Assembly (NCBI GenBank): GCA_041688215.1
Contig: JBDNIO010000084.1
Location: 1 to 59,060, forward strand
Reading direction: 5' to 3'
DNA length: 59,060 nucleotides
Origin: Salinisphaeraceae bacterium
GTDB taxonomy: Bacteria; Pseudomonadota; Gammaproteobacteria; Nevskiales; Salinisphaeraceae
Made by a program: the position numbers and the translations under genes. Shown here piece after piece: positions 10,589 through 21,430 of this stretch (positions within the stretch are counted from its first letter, which is position 1; every line of letters starts with the position of its first letter). The notes beneath the pieces were generated by a model that was not told the DNA's origin, did no database searches, and saw only the letters and a list, made by a program, of their open reading frames with translations.

Positions 10589-11357
10589 ACTGCTCCCCTT
10601 GCCCATTACTTGGCCCATTATCTGATTGCCCCAACTCGTCTTCGCGGGCACCGCCCACGGCAAACCCGTCCGTGTAACGTAGGTCGACATATCCTGCATC
10701 CTCCAGCCGGCTTTTCAGTGCCAGCCCGTTGTGGTTTGTCAATTGATTTACGAAACGCTGTAAACGCTGTTTGGCGTCATCACGACCCAGGCGCAATTCA
10801 AGGCCGTCCTTCAAAGTGGCCTGCCAGGAACCGCGCGCGTCCAGACGCAGTTCCCCAATTTCATAGCCACTGCCGGTTAGCACCGACTGCAAATCAGGCA
10901 GTTTGTCCAGCACCGCGGTGACGCTGCCCTCGGGGCCGTCCAGCACACACAAATCGTCGGGGATGGTCTCCGGTGGCGGCGTAAAAATTCGGTTGTTTTC
11001 TCCGACCAGGCCCGTCTCGCCCCAACGCGCAACTGCTTGGTGTTCGCTTACACGCACCACCACCGAGTCCGGCCAGCGGCGATGAACGCTCACCGAGGCC
11101 ACCCACGGCAAAGAACCCACTGAGTCCTGAATGGCCTCGACTTCTACTTCGAAAAAGCCCTTCCCCAGATGCCGCTGTGCCGCCTCGGCCACCTTGGCTG
11201 CATCAACGCGATCCAGCTTGCCGATTACATATAACCGGCGCGTGTTATTGCTGTCGGGCCGTAATTCCTGCCAGGTGCAGGCGGCCACGCCGAGCAGCAG
11301 GGTTAGCCCGCCGATCAATGTGAATAAAATTGCGCCGGCCTTGTTACGTTGCGGCAT
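10572..11357 (-). CDS. ftsQ: Cell division protein FtsQ
   Basis: Single TM helix plus a POTRA-like region, located between ddl and ftsA. Start chosen at MPQRNKAG (11357). Confidence 0.85.
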   Translation of the reverse strand: MPQRNKAGAILFTLIGGLTLLLGVAACTWQELRPDSNNTRRLYVIGKLDRVDAAKVAEAAQRHLGKGFFEVEVEAIQDSVGSLPWVASVSVHRRWPDSVVVRVSEHQAVARWGETGLVGENNRIFTPPPETIPDDLCVLDGPEGSVTAVLDKLPDLQSVLTGSGYEIGELRLDARGSWQATLKDGLELRLGRDDAKQRLQRFVNQLTNHNGLALKSRLEDAGYVDLRYTDGFAVGGAREDELGQSDNGPSNGQGEQYDKKA

Positions 11358-12294
11358 GACGCACCCCCGCAGATTTGTGGCTGCTGACCAGAATCCTCCA
11401 CACCAGTTCTTCAAAATCGATGCCCGCGGCTGCGGCGCACATCGGCACCAGGCTGTGCGAGGTCATCCCCGGCACTGTGTTTATTTCCAGAAACCAGGGC
11501 TGGCCGGCCTGGTCCAGCAGGAAATCCACCCGGCCCCAACCGCGCGCACCTACGGCTTTGAATGCGCGCAGGCAGAGTTTGGCCAAACGCGCTTCCTCAT
11601 CCGGCGCCAGACCACAGGGACATTCGTAGAGGGTGTCCTCGGCTTCGTATTTGGCCTGGTAATCATAAAAACCGTGATTGGTCTGAATGCGCAACAGCGG
11701 CAGAACCTTGCCGTTCAAAATCGCTGCGGTGTATTCGGGGCCGTCGACAAAGCGCTCGGCCATAACCTGGCTGCCGAACTTGCTGGCCGTTTGCCAGGCG
11801 GCTTTCAATTCTGAAGCCTTGCTCACCAGCGTCATGCCAATGCTGGAACCTTCGCCAACGGGTTTGACGAAAATGGGCAAGCCCAGATCGTTTGCCACGG
11901 CCTCGAAATCCATGCGTTCGTGCAGCAGGCGATGCACCGGGGTAGGTATGCCGCTGGACGCCCAGACCGCTTTGCAACGTGACTTGTCCATCGCCAGCGC
12001 CGAAGCCAGAACGCCGCTGCCGGTATAGGCAATGCCCTGAACTTCGAGCACCGCCTGCGCCACGCCGTCTTCGCCACCTGCGCCGTGCAGGGCGATCCAG
12101 GCGGAGTCAAAACCGTCGGCTTTCAGGCCCAGCAGGCGATCGCGGTTGATGTCCACGCCGTGTGCATCCACGCCGCGCTTCTGCAATGCCGGGAGCACGG
12201 CCTTGCCGCTGGTCAGGGACACTTCACGCTCGGCGGACCAGCCGCCGAACAGCACGGCGACTTGTCCGAAATCTTCAAGTTTATGCGGGTTCAT
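11344..12294 (-). CDS. ddl: D-alanine--D-alanine ligase
   Basis: 316 aa. VAVLFGGWSAEREVSLTSG and an ATP-grasp C-terminal part. ATGA overlap with the murC stop. Confidence 0.95.
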   Translation of the reverse strand: MNPHKLEDFGQVAVLFGGWSAEREVSLTSGKAVLPALQKRGVDAHGVDINRDRLLGLKADGFDSAWIALHGAGGEDGVAQAVLEVQGIAYTGSGVLASALAMDKSRCKAVWASSGIPTPVHRLLHERMDFEAVANDLGLPIFVKPVGEGSSIGMTLVSKASELKAAWQTASKFGSQVMAERFVDGPEYTAAILNGKVLPLLRIQTNHGFYDYQAKYEAEDTLYECPCGLAPDEEARLAKLCLRAFKAVGARGWGRVDFLLDQAGQPWFLEINTVPGMTSHSLVPMCAAAAGIDFEELVWRILVSSHKSAGVRHAAT

Positions 12295-13763
12295 GCCGCC
12301 ACCCCGAATTCCTGTGCCAGGCGGGTCGCCACCTGGCCAATATCGCCCGCGCCCAGAATCAGGATTACATCGCCGTCTTGCGCCACGTCGGGCAGCAGTT
12401 CGGGAACCTTATGCACATCCTCGACAAACACGGGATTCACATGCCCGCGAGCACGAATACCGCGCGCCAGGGCGCGGCCATCGGCGTTGGCAATCACGGC
12501 TTCCCCGGCGGGGTAGACCTCGCACAGGAGCAACGCGTCCAGATTAGCCAGTTCGCGGCAGAAATCTTCGAACAGATCGCGGGTTCGCGTATACCGATGC
12601 GGCTGAAAAACCACCAGCAAACGGCGGTCGGGCCAGGACCCACGCACGGCCGAGAGTATTGCCGTCAATTCGCTGGGGTGATGCCCATAATCGTCCACCA
12701 GCAGGCAGCGTTTGCCATTGAATTCGATATCGCCCAGAACTTCGCAACGACGGCCGATGCCAGCAAATTCAGACAGGGCTTTCTGGATGTCGCCCATCTC
12801 CACACCCAGTTCGCGCGCTATAGCTGCAGCGGCCAGCGCATTCAGAACGTTATGCCGGCCGGGCAGGTTCAGATGGATGGCCCAGCCCTGCTGTGAGTCC
12901 TTGGTACGCAGATTAAAGCGGGTACCGGCGCCGATGGGTTCAATTTTTTCCGCCCACAAGTCCGCATCCGTCTCGATGCCATAAGTGAATACCGGACGGC
13001 CGAGATCAGGCAAAATACTGCGCACATGGGCGTCGTCGACGCATAGCACCGCCAGCCCGTAAAACGGCAGATGGTGAATGAATTCCACAAAAGTCTGGCG
13101 CAGACGCTGGAAGTCGCCGCCATAGGTTTCCAGGTGATCGGCATCGATATTCGTGACCACCGCAATCATCGGTGTCAGGAATAAAAACGAGGCATCGGAC
13201 TCATCGGCCTCGGCCACCAGATAGGGCCCCTGCCCCAACTGGGCGTTGCTGCCTGCGCCGGTAACCTTGCCGCCGACAACGAAGGTGGGATCCAGCCCGC
13301 CTTGCGCCAGTACCGCGGCCACCAAGCTGGTTGTGGTGGTTTTGCCGTGGGTACCGGCCACCGCAATGCCGTAGCGAAAGCGCATTAATTCGGCCAGCAT
13401 TTCAGCGCGCGGCACCACCGGTATAAGGCGAGCATACGCCGCTACGACTTCCGGATTATCCTTGCCGACCGCCGTGGAGGTAACCACCACATTCGCATCG
13501 ACGATATGGCCTGCATCGTGACCAATGTGGATGCTTGCGCCCAGCTCGGAAAGGCGACGGCAATTCGCTCCCTGCTTTACATCCGAGCCGGATATTTCGT
13601 ACCCGAGATTCAACAGCACTTCGGCTATGCCCGCCATCCCGACGCCACCGATACCCACAAAATGCACACGCTTAACGCGCCGGAACTGGCGGTGGGTCAG
13701 CGGCTCGAATGTGGCCTGGCCCCTGGCAATCATGTCTTGGGCATTCATGTCCTGAACGCTCAT
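12291..13763 (-). CDS. murC: UDP-N-acetylmuramate--L-alanine ligase
   Basis: VHFVGIGGVGMAGIAEVL and GTHGKTTTTSL. The start at 13763 forms an ATGA overlap with the murG stop. The ORF-track start 13874 is an extension. Confidence 0.95.
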   Translation of the reverse strand: MSVQDMNAQDMIARGQATFEPLTHRQFRRVKRVHFVGIGGVGMAGIAEVLLNLGYEISGSDVKQGANCRRLSELGASIHIGHDAGHIVDANVVVTSTAVGKDNPEVVAAYARLIPVVPRAEMLAELMRFRYGIAVAGTHGKTTTTSLVAAVLAQGGLDPTFVVGGKVTGAGSNAQLGQGPYLVAEADESDASFLFLTPMIAVVTNIDADHLETYGGDFQRLRQTFVEFIHHLPFYGLAVLCVDDAHVRSILPDLGRPVFTYGIETDADLWAEKIEPIGAGTRFNLRTKDSQQGWAIHLNLPGRHNVLNALAAAAIARELGVEMGDIQKALSEFAGIGRRCEVLGDIEFNGKRCLLVDDYGHHPSELTAILSAVRGSWPDRRLLVVFQPHRYTRTRDLFEDFCRELANLDALLLCEVYPAGEAVIANADGRALARGIRARGHVNPVFVEDVHKVPELLPDVAQDGDVILILGAGDIGQVATRLAQEFGVAA

Positions 13764-14833
13764 GCCACCTCCGCCGCCACCAGACAGGCGCTGGCGATGT
13801 CGTTGGTAGCATCCGGCCAGGCCGCACTGCGCGCCGCTTTGGCCATGGCCAGCAAACGACGGCGATCCCGACACAGGTCACTTAATGTTTCAGCCAGACG
13901 ATCCGCCGTGAGATCACGCTGCTGAATCAGAACTGCCGCATCACGATCCGACAGATACGCGCCGTTATAACTTTGGTGGTCGTCGGTGGCGTGCGGGAAC
14001 GGTATCAACACGGCGGGTAAACCCGCGGCGGCCAGTTCCGCCACCGTCAGCGCGCCGGCACGACACACCACCAGATCCGCCCAGGCGTAGGCCTCGGCCA
14101 TGTCGTCTATGAATTCTTTCAGGTCGGCAATAACATCGGTTTTTGCGTACGCCGCCTGCGCTGCATCCAGCGTGCGTCCGGCCTGATGCCATACCTTGGG
14201 CCGTCGATTGCCGGGCATTTTCGCCAGCGCCTGCGGCACCATCTTATTAATTGCCAGCGCGCCCAGACTGCCGCCTAGCACCAATAAATGAATAGGCCCG
14301 GTGCGCCCCGAAAGCCGTGCTTGCGGATCAGGCAGCGCCAGAATTTCTGCCCGTACCGGGTTGCCCACGCAGCGCGGCATGTGGCGCTTTGCAAAACTCG
14401 CCGGAAAAGCCTCCAGAACCAGATCCGCCAGCCAGGCAAGGATGCGGTTGGTCAGTCCCGCCCTGGCATTTTGCTCATGCACTACCAGCGGCCGGCGCAG
14501 CACCCAGGCCGCCAGGCCGCCAGGCCCGGAGGCAAAGCCGCCCAGGCCAATTACGACCTGCGGCGAAACACGGCGCACGATGCCCAAAGCCTGCGCAAAG
14601 GCGTTGACAAGGCGCAGCGGCGCGGTTATCCAGGACAACATGCCCTTGCCGCGCAGGCCCGCAATACTAATCCATTCCACTGGATAACCGGCTTGCGATA
14701 CCAGCCGGGCTTCCAGCCCCGCACGCGTGCCCATCCATACAACGTCATTGCCACGGGCGCTTAATTCTTTTGCAACAGCGAGGGCGGGGAAGACGTGACC
14801 GCCGGTTCCACCGGCCATGATTAACACGCGCAT
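13760..14833 (-). CDS. murG: Lipid II-forming GlcNAc transferase MurG
   Basis: 357 aa. MRVLIMAGGTGGHVFPALAVA. SD GGGAGG lies 7 nt upstream of the ATG. Confidence 0.95.
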   Translation of the reverse strand: MRVLIMAGGTGGHVFPALAVAKELSARGNDVVWMGTRAGLEARLVSQAGYPVEWISIAGLRGKGMLSWITAPLRLVNAFAQALGIVRRVSPQVVIGLGGFASGPGGLAAWVLRRPLVVHEQNARAGLTNRILAWLADLVLEAFPASFAKRHMPRCVGNPVRAEILALPDPQARLSGRTGPIHLLVLGGSLGALAINKMVPQALAKMPGNRRPKVWHQAGRTLDAAQAAYAKTDVIADLKEFIDDMAEAYAWADLVVCRAGALTVAELAAAGLPAVLIPFPHATDDHQSYNGAYLSDRDAAVLIQQRDLTADRLAETLSDLCRDRRRLLAMAKAARSAAWPDATNDIASACLVAAEVA

Positions 14834-14940
14834 ATCCGACCTCCCGTGCTGCTAGCCATCCATGGCGCGCTCGTCCGGCCCGGCCATCCCTGGCCGGGCG
14901 CTCGCCGGGGCGAAGCGGTGCTTCGCCGGTTTCCGGCTCG

Positions 14941-14988
14941 CCCGCCAATGCCTCCAGCCATGATCAAAACTCGTGGCGCCTGGTTCAT
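14941..14988 (-). pseudogene. Orphan relic of a murG 5' end
   Basis: Its ATG overlaps the ftsW stop (ATGA, 14985-14988) and it encodes MNQAPRVLIMAGGIGG, compared with the real MurG MRVLIMAGGTGG. It then runs out of frame through a hairpin-rich 107-nt insert. Confidence 0.7.
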
Positions 14989-16154
14989 CGTGCGCGCCCC
15001 GTTGGCTTGGGCTTGAGCGCGGCCTTCGACTCCAGGTCTACACGCAGCAGCAATGCAATCAGCACGCAGGTCACAACCAGGGAAGAACCACCGTAAGACA
15101 CCAGCGGCAAGGTCAGCCCCTTGGTGGGCAGAATGCCCATATTCACTGAAATATTCACAAAGGCCTGTAGCGCCAACCAGGAGCTCAGACCGTAGGCAAC
15201 AAACGCGCCGAACCAATGGCCGGCGGCAATAGCATTCCGGGCTATGGCATACGCACGCCACACCAGCAGGCCAAACAACCCCACCAGACACAGCGTGCCA
15301 ATAAGCCCGAACTCTTCAGCGAAAATGGCAAAAATGAAGTCGGTATGGGTTTCTGGCAGATACAGCAGTTTCTGTACGCTATTACCCAGACCTACGCCGG
15401 CAATCTCGCCGCGCCCGATCGCAATCAGGGACTGGGTTAACTGGAAACCGCTGGCGTAGGGATGTTCCCAGGGGTCGGTAAAGCTCACCAGGCGTGCCAC
15501 GCGGTAAGGTGAAGACAGGGCCGCCATTACCAGCACTGAAACCGCAGCACCGCCCAGTACCAGAAGGTGCAGCAAGCGCGCACCCGCCAGGAACAGCATG
15601 AGCCCACAGACCATGATTAGAATGGTGGCGGCGCCGTAGTCCGGTTCCATCAACAGCAGCAGGCACGCCAGCGTAATCGGTAATATCGGACGGATAAGCC
15701 CGGCAAACGTGGTGCGCAATTCAACCTGGCGTCGCACCGCGTAACCAGCCAGATACAGGATTAAAAACAGACGTGCGGGTTCGGAAACCTGCATGGCGAA
15801 CACGCCCATGTCGATCCAGCGGCGCGCGCCGTTGACTTCCCGACCAATACCCGGCAGCAACACTACAAACAACAGGCTGAGCGCAATCGCCAGCAGCGGG
15901 AAACTGTTTGCCTGCCACTGACGCATCGGGATGTGCAACACGGCAAAACCGGCGCCCAGGCCGATCACGGCGTAAACAGCCTGCTTATAGAAATAATACA
16001 GCGGCTCGGCCACAGCGCGATCGGCCACCGCCACCGACGCCGAGCAGACCATGATCAGACCAATCGCCAGCAACAACACAGCGCTGGTGATAAACGCAGT
16101 ATCGGGGCGCGCCATCGGCAGGCGCAAACTGAAGCTCTGGTTTTGCGCGCTCAT
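14985..16154 (-). CDS. ftsW: SEDS-family lipid II polymerase/flippase FtsW
   Basis: 389 aa polytopic membrane protein with GLTLPLVSYGGSS, located between murD and murG. Confidence 0.92.
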   Translation of the reverse strand: MSAQNQSFSLRLPMARPDTAFITSAVLLLAIGLIMVCSASVAVADRAVAEPLYYFYKQAVYAVIGLGAGFAVLHIPMRQWQANSFPLLAIALSLLFVVLLPGIGREVNGARRWIDMGVFAMQVSEPARLFLILYLAGYAVRRQVELRTTFAGLIRPILPITLACLLLLMEPDYGAATILIMVCGLMLFLAGARLLHLLVLGGAAVSVLVMAALSSPYRVARLVSFTDPWEHPYASGFQLTQSLIAIGRGEIAGVGLGNSVQKLLYLPETHTDFIFAIFAEEFGLIGTLCLVGLFGLLVWRAYAIARNAIAAGHWFGAFVAYGLSSWLALQAFVNISVNMGILPTKGLTLPLVSYGGSSLVVTCVLIALLLRVDLESKAALKPKPTGRAR

Positions 16155-17488
16155 GCCGCCAACTCCAGCACGGCGGCGGAAAATTGCTCGCCGCGGTCCT
16201 GATAGTCTTTAAACATATCCAGGCTGGCGCAGCCCGGCGAGAGCAATACCGTATCCCCGGGCAATGCCGCCTGCGCGGCTTCAGAAACCGCATCGCGCAA
16301 ACTCTCAACGCGCCGCACAGAAATGTGATCACGGATTGCGGTTTCTATATAGCCTGCGTCTGCACCAAACAGCAGTGCCACACGACCCTTGCGTGCCAGC
16401 ACCGGCCCCACGGGACGGAAATCCCCACCCTTGGCCTGACCACCGGCGAGCAACACGATGGGACCGGGCAGGCCCTCGATCGAGGCCAGCAAGGCGCCAA
16501 CATTGGTGCCCTTGGAATCATTTACCCAATCGACCCCGGCGATATTCGCAACCCACTGGCAGCGGTGTGCCAGGCCCTTGAATTTACGCAGCGCCTCCAG
16601 CATGGCAGGCTGCGCAAGCCCGGCGGCCTCGCCCAGCGCCAGTGCCGCCAGAGCATTCAGGTGGTTATGACGGCCACGCAGGCCTACCGCGCTTGCCGCA
16701 ATCAGGTTATGCGAACCGCGCGCCAGCCAGACTTCGCCGTCTGATTCACGCAGACCGTAACTATGATCATCAACAGGTTCGACGGCGGAAAACCCGGTTA
16801 CTACGGATGCTGTGGTGGGCATCCGGCTAACTTCCGGGTCGTCGCGGTTCACAACTGCAACCTCGGCATGGCCGTATATCCGCGCTTTCAGCGCCGCGTA
16901 AAGTGCGAGGCTGCCGTGACGGTCGATATGATCCGGGCTTACATTCAGCACACAAGCGGCGCGGGTGCGTAAAGACTGCGTCAGCTCCAACTGGAAGCTG
17001 GATAGTTCGAGTACATAGAGCTCGACGCCGGAATCCAGAAGTTCCAGCGCCGGGGTGCCGAAATTACCGCCGACCGCCACCCGCAGGCCGGCGGATGCCG
17101 CCATGTCCGCCAGCAGCGCGGTCACCGTGCTCTTGCCGTTGGAACCGGTAATCGCGACCACCGGCGCTTGCACGTAATGCGCAAACCACTCGATATCGCC
17201 CTGTATTTTCAGGCCCTGCTTCCGTGCGGCAAGCAGCAGCCGCTCGCGCAGATGTACACCAGGCGAGACCAGTAACGCATCGATGCCGATCAACAACGCC
17301 GGGTCCAGACTGCCCGCATGAATCGCAACCTCGGGGTAATCGCGCCGGACCTCCGCCAGCGCCGGCGGAGACACGCGGCTGTCGGCCACGCTTACCTGAA
17401 AGCCCTTGTTCACCAGGAAACGCACCGCGGAGGCCCCGGTCAGGCCCATGCCGATTACCAGTATGTGTTTAGTTTCAACGCGGCTCAT
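16151..17488 (-). CDS. murD: UDP-MurNAc-L-Ala--D-Glu ligase
   Basis: 445 aa. GMGLTGAS and [14 protein letters not shown] overlaps on both sides. Confidence 0.95.
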   Translation of the reverse strand: MSRVETKHILVIGMGLTGASAVRFLVNKGFQVSVADSRVSPPALAEVRRDYPEVAIHAGSLDPALLIGIDALLVSPGVHLRERLLLAARKQGLKIQGDIEWFAHYVQAPVVAITGSNGKSTVTALLADMAASAGLRVAVGGNFGTPALELLDSGVELYVLELSSFQLELTQSLRTRAACVLNVSPDHIDRHGSLALYAALKARIYGHAEVAVVNRDDPEVSRMPTTASVVTGFSAVEPVDDHSYGLRESDGEVWLARGSHNLIAASAVGLRGRHNHLNALAALALGEAAGLAQPAMLEALRKFKGLAHRCQWVANIAGVDWVNDSKGTNVGALLASIEGLPGPIVLLAGGQAKGGDFRPVGPVLARKGRVALLFGADAGYIETAIRDHISVRRVESLRDAVSEAAQAALPGDTVLLSPGCASLDMFKDYQDRGEQFSAAVLELAA

Positions 17489-18567
17489 CGGATCTTCAAC
17501 GTAGACAAGCCAACCAGCACCAGCACCAGGGTGATGATCCAGAAACGCACGATGATTTTCGGCTCTGCCCAGCCTTTAAGCTCAAAATGATGATGCAGCG
17601 GCGCCATGCGGAACATGCGGCGTCCTGTCATCTTGAAAGTCGCGACCTGCAGAATCACCGAAACCGTTTCGGCGACAAAAATGCCGCCCATGACAAACAG
17701 CACCAGTTCCTGGCGCACCATTACGGCGACCACGCCCAGCGCCGCGCCGAGCGCGAGTGCGCCCACGTCGCCCATGAATACCTGCGCGGGGTAGGTATTG
17801 AACCAGAGAAAGCCCAGACCGGCGCCCGCAATCGCGGTGCAGAACACGGCCAATTCACCCACGCCGAGGATAAAATGAAAGCCCAGATAGCTGGAAAATT
17901 CAGTGTTGCCGGTTACGTAGGCAAAAATCGCCAAGGCCGAGCCCACCAGCACACAGGGCATGATGGCCAGACCATCCAGGCCGTCGGTCAGATTTACCGC
18001 GTTGCTGGTGCCGACCACCACCAGATACGTCCAGAGCACATAGCCAAAACCCAGCGGTATCGCCACGTTCTTGAGTATCGGGATTAGCACGCTGGTCTCG
18101 ACCGGCGAGGCCGCGCTGAAATATATGGCAAGCGCAGTCAGCAAACCGACGATTGTTTGCCAGAGATATTTACTGCGCGCCGGCAGCCCCTTTGAATTGC
18201 CGAATTTGAGCTTGCGGTAGTCATCAACAAACCCGATCAGGCCAAAGGCAGCCGTAACCAGCACCGCGATCCAGACGTAGTGGTTGCGGATATCAGCCCA
18301 CAACAGGGTGCTGACAATAACCGCCACTATGATCAACGCGCCGCCCATGGTGGGCGTGCCGGCCTTGATAAGATGGCTTTGCGGGCCATCATCGCGCACC
18401 TGCTGGCCGATCTGATGGAAGCTCAGCTTGCGGATCATCCAGGGGCCGACGACAAAGCTGAATATCATCGCCGTAAGCACGCTCAGGATGCTGCGGAAGG
18501 TTAAAAACTGAAATACGCGAAAGCCGCTGTAAATCGGTTCGAGCTGTTCGGCCAGATACATCAGCAT
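17485..18567 (-). CDS. mraY: Phospho-MurNAc-pentapeptide translocase
   Basis: 360 aa. [13 protein letters not shown] motif, polytopic. Confidence 0.97.
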   Translation of the reverse strand: MLMYLAEQLEPIYSGFRVFQFLTFRSILSVLTAMIFSFVVGPWMIRKLSFHQIGQQVRDDGPQSHLIKAGTPTMGGALIIVAVIVSTLLWADIRNHYVWIAVLVTAAFGLIGFVDDYRKLKFGNSKGLPARSKYLWQTIVGLLTALAIYFSAASPVETSVLIPILKNVAIPLGFGYVLWTYLVVVGTSNAVNLTDGLDGLAIMPCVLVGSALAIFAYVTGNTEFSSYLGFHFILGVGELAVFCTAIAGAGLGFLWFNTYPAQVFMGDVGALALGAALGVVAVMVRQELVLFVMGGIFVAETVSVILQVATFKMTGRRMFRMAPLHHHFELKGWAEPKIIVRFWIITLVLVLVGLSTLKIR

Positions 18568-19925
18568 GCCTGGCCCTCCATCTCAGCGGTGGTTTCCAGC
18601 GCGCTCGCGACACGGTCCATACGCGCCGAACGCGAGCCTTTGACCAGCACCGTAACGCCCGGAATCAATTCGTCCTGCACCGCCTCGATCAACTTCGTCT
18701 GATCGGAAAAATGCTGCCCGCCCTCACCAAAACTGGCGATTGCGACGGCACTTAGCGGGCCCACTGCAAACATCCGCACCACACCGGCATCGCGCGCGGC
18801 ATGCCCAGCCCGGGCATGCGCGGCTTCAGCGTCCGCGCCCAGTTCGCCCATATCGCCCAGCACCAGCCAGCTTTCCCCCGAGTAATGGCCCAGGGTGTCA
18901 AGCGCCGCAGCCAGGGAGGCAGGATTGGCGTTATAGCTGTCATCGATAATGCGTGCGCCGATTGCCATGGTGCGTATTTGCAGCCGTCCGGAAACCGGTT
19001 TCATCTGCGCCAGGCCATAGGCAATCTCGGCCGCAGGCAAGTCCAGCGCGTAACATACCGCGCCCGCCGCCAGCGCGTTCATTACGTTATGCCGGCCGGT
19101 CAGCGGCAGCTCCACCGCAGCTTCCGCGCCCGGCACAAGCAGACGAAAACGCGTACTCGAACCATCGGATTCAATAGCCCGGGCGCTGACATCCGCGCCC
19201 ACATGCAAGCCGAAACGCAACTGGCGGCGGTCGCCCGCAAGTTCGGCCCATAAACCAGCGTATTCGTCATCCGCATTAATAATTGCGGTGCCGTCGGCTG
19301 CCAGATCGGCAAATAGCTCGCCCTTGGCGCGGGCAATGCCCTCGGGGCTGCCAAAACCCTCCAGATGTGCACTGCCCGCATTATTGATAACCGCCACCGC
19401 CGGCCGCGCCAGGCGATTCAGCAGAGCAATTTCTCCGGCGTGGCTGGCGCCCATTTCTATCACGGCGTAGTCGTGGTTCTGCCTGAGCTTGAGCAAGGTC
19501 AGCGGTACGCCGATGTGATTATTAAGATTGCCGTGTGTGGCCAACACGGCGTGCGTCTGGCCCAGGACGGCGGCAATCATTTCCTTGACGGTTGTCTTGC
19601 CGTTGCTACCGGTCACGCCGATTACCGGCAACTTGAAACGCGCACGCCATGCCGAGGCGCAGCGTTGTAAACCCAGCAAGCTGTCCTCGACCACAACCTG
19701 CGGCAAATCCACAGACTGGGGCGTATTTACCAGCGCGCCCGCCGCACCGAGCGTGGCTGCCTTGCGCAGGAATTCATGGCCATCGAAATTTTCACCGCGC
19801 AGCGCAACAAACAGATTGCCACGCCGCAGATCCCGGGTATCGGTACAAACGTCTGCAAATTCCGCATCCGCGCCCTGCAGCCGGCCTTCCAGGGTGCTCG
19901 CCAATTCTGAAAGCCTGAGTTTCAT
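18561..19925 (-). CDS. murF: UDP-MurNAc-tripeptide--D-Ala-D-Ala ligase
   Basis: 454 aa. [13 protein letters not shown]. Confidence 0.95.
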   Translation of the reverse strand: MKLRLSELASTLEGRLQGADAEFADVCTDTRDLRRGNLFVALRGENFDGHEFLRKAATLGAAGALVNTPQSVDLPQVVVEDSLLGLQRCASAWRARFKLPVIGVTGSNGKTTVKEMIAAVLGQTHAVLATHGNLNNHIGVPLTLLKLRQNHDYAVIEMGASHAGEIALLNRLARPAVAVINNAGSAHLEGFGSPEGIARAKGELFADLAADGTAIINADDEYAGLWAELAGDRRQLRFGLHVGADVSARAIESDGSSTRFRLLVPGAEAAVELPLTGRHNVMNALAAGAVCYALDLPAAEIAYGLAQMKPVSGRLQIRTMAIGARIIDDSYNANPASLAAALDTLGHYSGESWLVLGDMGELGADAEAAHARAGHAARDAGVVRMFAVGPLSAVAIASFGEGGQHFSDQTKLIEAVQDELIPGVTVLVKGSRSARMDRVASALETTAEMEGQAC

Positions 19926-21430
19926 GCGGCCTCCAGCACGCGCCGTGCGGCTTCGCGATCATCAAAATCGCGGCGCTCGTTGCCGATGATCTGATAGGTT
20001 TCATGGCCTTTGCCGGCAATCAGCACCGCGTCGCCGGGGCCGGCCGCATCAATCGCCTGGGCAATCGCCCTGGCGCGGTCATGTTCTACCGTGGCCGATG
20101 TTTCGCTGGGTAAGCCGGAGAGAATATCGGCCACTATCCTGACCGGGTCTTCGCCGCGGGGGTTGTCGTCGGTAATCCAGAGCGCGTCGGCCTGCTTAGC
20201 CGCGGCCGCGGCCATCAACGGGCGTTTACCCGTATCGCGCTCGCCGCCACAACCGAATACACAGAAAATCCGTCCGCTGGCATGCTCGCAAACCGCGCGC
20301 AAGGCCTGCTCCAGGGCACCGGGCGTATGCGCGTAATCCACCACGACCAGCGGTCGTCCGGGCACGGCATCGACCAGCTGCATGCGGCCAGGCACGGTTA
20401 CCACCTTGCACAGGGCAGCGGCGGCGGCGTCTGGTTGTATACCGCGCAACAGCAAAACCGCCAATGCTGCCAGCAGGTTATAGGCGTTAAAGCGGCCCAG
20501 CAGGGGGCTTTCGATGCGTAATTCGCCCCAACTGCTGTCTATATTAAGTGCCAGCCCCTGGGGCTGCGCCAATACTTCGCGTGCGACCACGTGCCGGGCT
20601 TGCGCGGGGATGCACGGCGAATCCAGGCCATAGGCCACGGCATCCACACCGGGTGCCAGCGCGTGCAACCAGCGCGCACCGTACTCATCATCCACATTCA
20701 ACACGGCGGCCTTGAGATTGGCGCCTTCGAACAGGCGATGCTTGGCCGCGATATAAGCTTCCAGACTGGCGTGGTAATCCAGATGATCGCGGCCGATGTT
20801 GGTGAGCACGGCCACGTCAAAGCCCAGCCCGTCGACACGCCCCTGGTCAAGCGCATGCGAGGACACTTCCAGCGCCACGCTCTTGGCCTGCGCATCGCGC
20901 AGGCGCGCCAGCCAGGTTTGCAGAGTGACGGCATCAGGCGTGGTATGGGTTGCCGGCGCCAGGTCAGGTAACAAGCCATAACCCAGGGTTCCCATATAGC
21001 CGCAGGGCTGGCCCAGCAACGCACAGGCTTGCGCGAGCACGTGCGCGCAGGAGGTTTTGCCGTCGGTTCCGGTAATGCCGATCAAGCTCAGATCGGCGGC
21101 CGGGTGGTCGTAAAACCGGGCAGCGATCTCTCCCAGATGACGATGCAGTTCGGGAACACGCAGGTTCGCCACATCCAGCTCGGGCGGTGTTTGCGCATCC
21201 CAGGCCACCGCCGCGGCACCGCGCGCCAGTGCCTCGTCGACAAAATCCAGGCCATGGTTGTGGCCCCCGGCGCAGGCCAGAAACAGATTACCGGCGCGTA
21301 TACGCCGGCTGTCGGTTTCCACGCCGCTGATTTGAACATCAGGTATCACGTCGCGGGTTAGCGCCTGCAACAAGTCCGCGAGCGGCTTGGCCCGAGTCAT
21401 GGCACTGCTCTGGATTTCGCAGACGCTCAC
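19922..21430 (-). CDS. murE: UDP-MurNAc-L-Ala-D-Glu--meso-DAP ligase
   Basis: 502 aa. GITGTDGKTS and the DNPR motif (TDDNPRGEDP). The GTG start overlaps the ftsI stop, with an alternative ATG at 21400. Confidence 0.95.
   Translation of the reverse strand: MSVCEIQSSAMTRAKPLADLLQALTRDVIPDVQISGVETDSRRIRAGNLFLACAGGHNHGLDFVDEALARGAAAVAWDAQTPPELDVANLRVPELHRHLGEIAARFYDHPAADLSLIGITGTDGKTSCAHVLAQACALLGQPCGYMGTLGYGLLPDLAPATHTTPDAVTLQTWLARLRDAQAKSVALEVSSHALDQGRVDGLGFDVAVLTNIGRDHLDYHASLEAYIAAKHRLFEGANLKAAVLNVDDEYGARWLHALAPGVDAVAYGLDSPCIPAQARHVVAREVLAQPQGLALNIDSSWGELRIESPLLGRFNAYNLLAALAVLLLRGIQPDAAAAALCKVVTVPGRMQLVDAVPGRPLVVVDYAHTPGALEQALRAVCEHASGRIFCVFGCGGERDTGKRPLMAAAAAKQADALWITDDNPRGEDPVRIVADILSGLPSETSATVEHDRARAIAQAIDAAGPGDAVLIAGKGHETYQIIGNERRDFDDREAARRVLEAA

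Noticed and set aside
10112-10921. 269-aa plus-strand ORF, and similar long antisense ORFs (986-1642, 12162-12896, 23022-23762, 22823-23404, 43877-44446, 45858-46421)
   Set aside because: All lie opposite strongly supported conserved genes and show no recognisable motifs. They are shadow ORFs of a high-GC genome.
14821-15291. 156-aa minus-strand ORF overlapping the ftsW 3' end
   Set aside because: It is out of frame with ftsW over most of its length. Only its last 48 codons matter, as the murG-relic frame, and it is not a gene.
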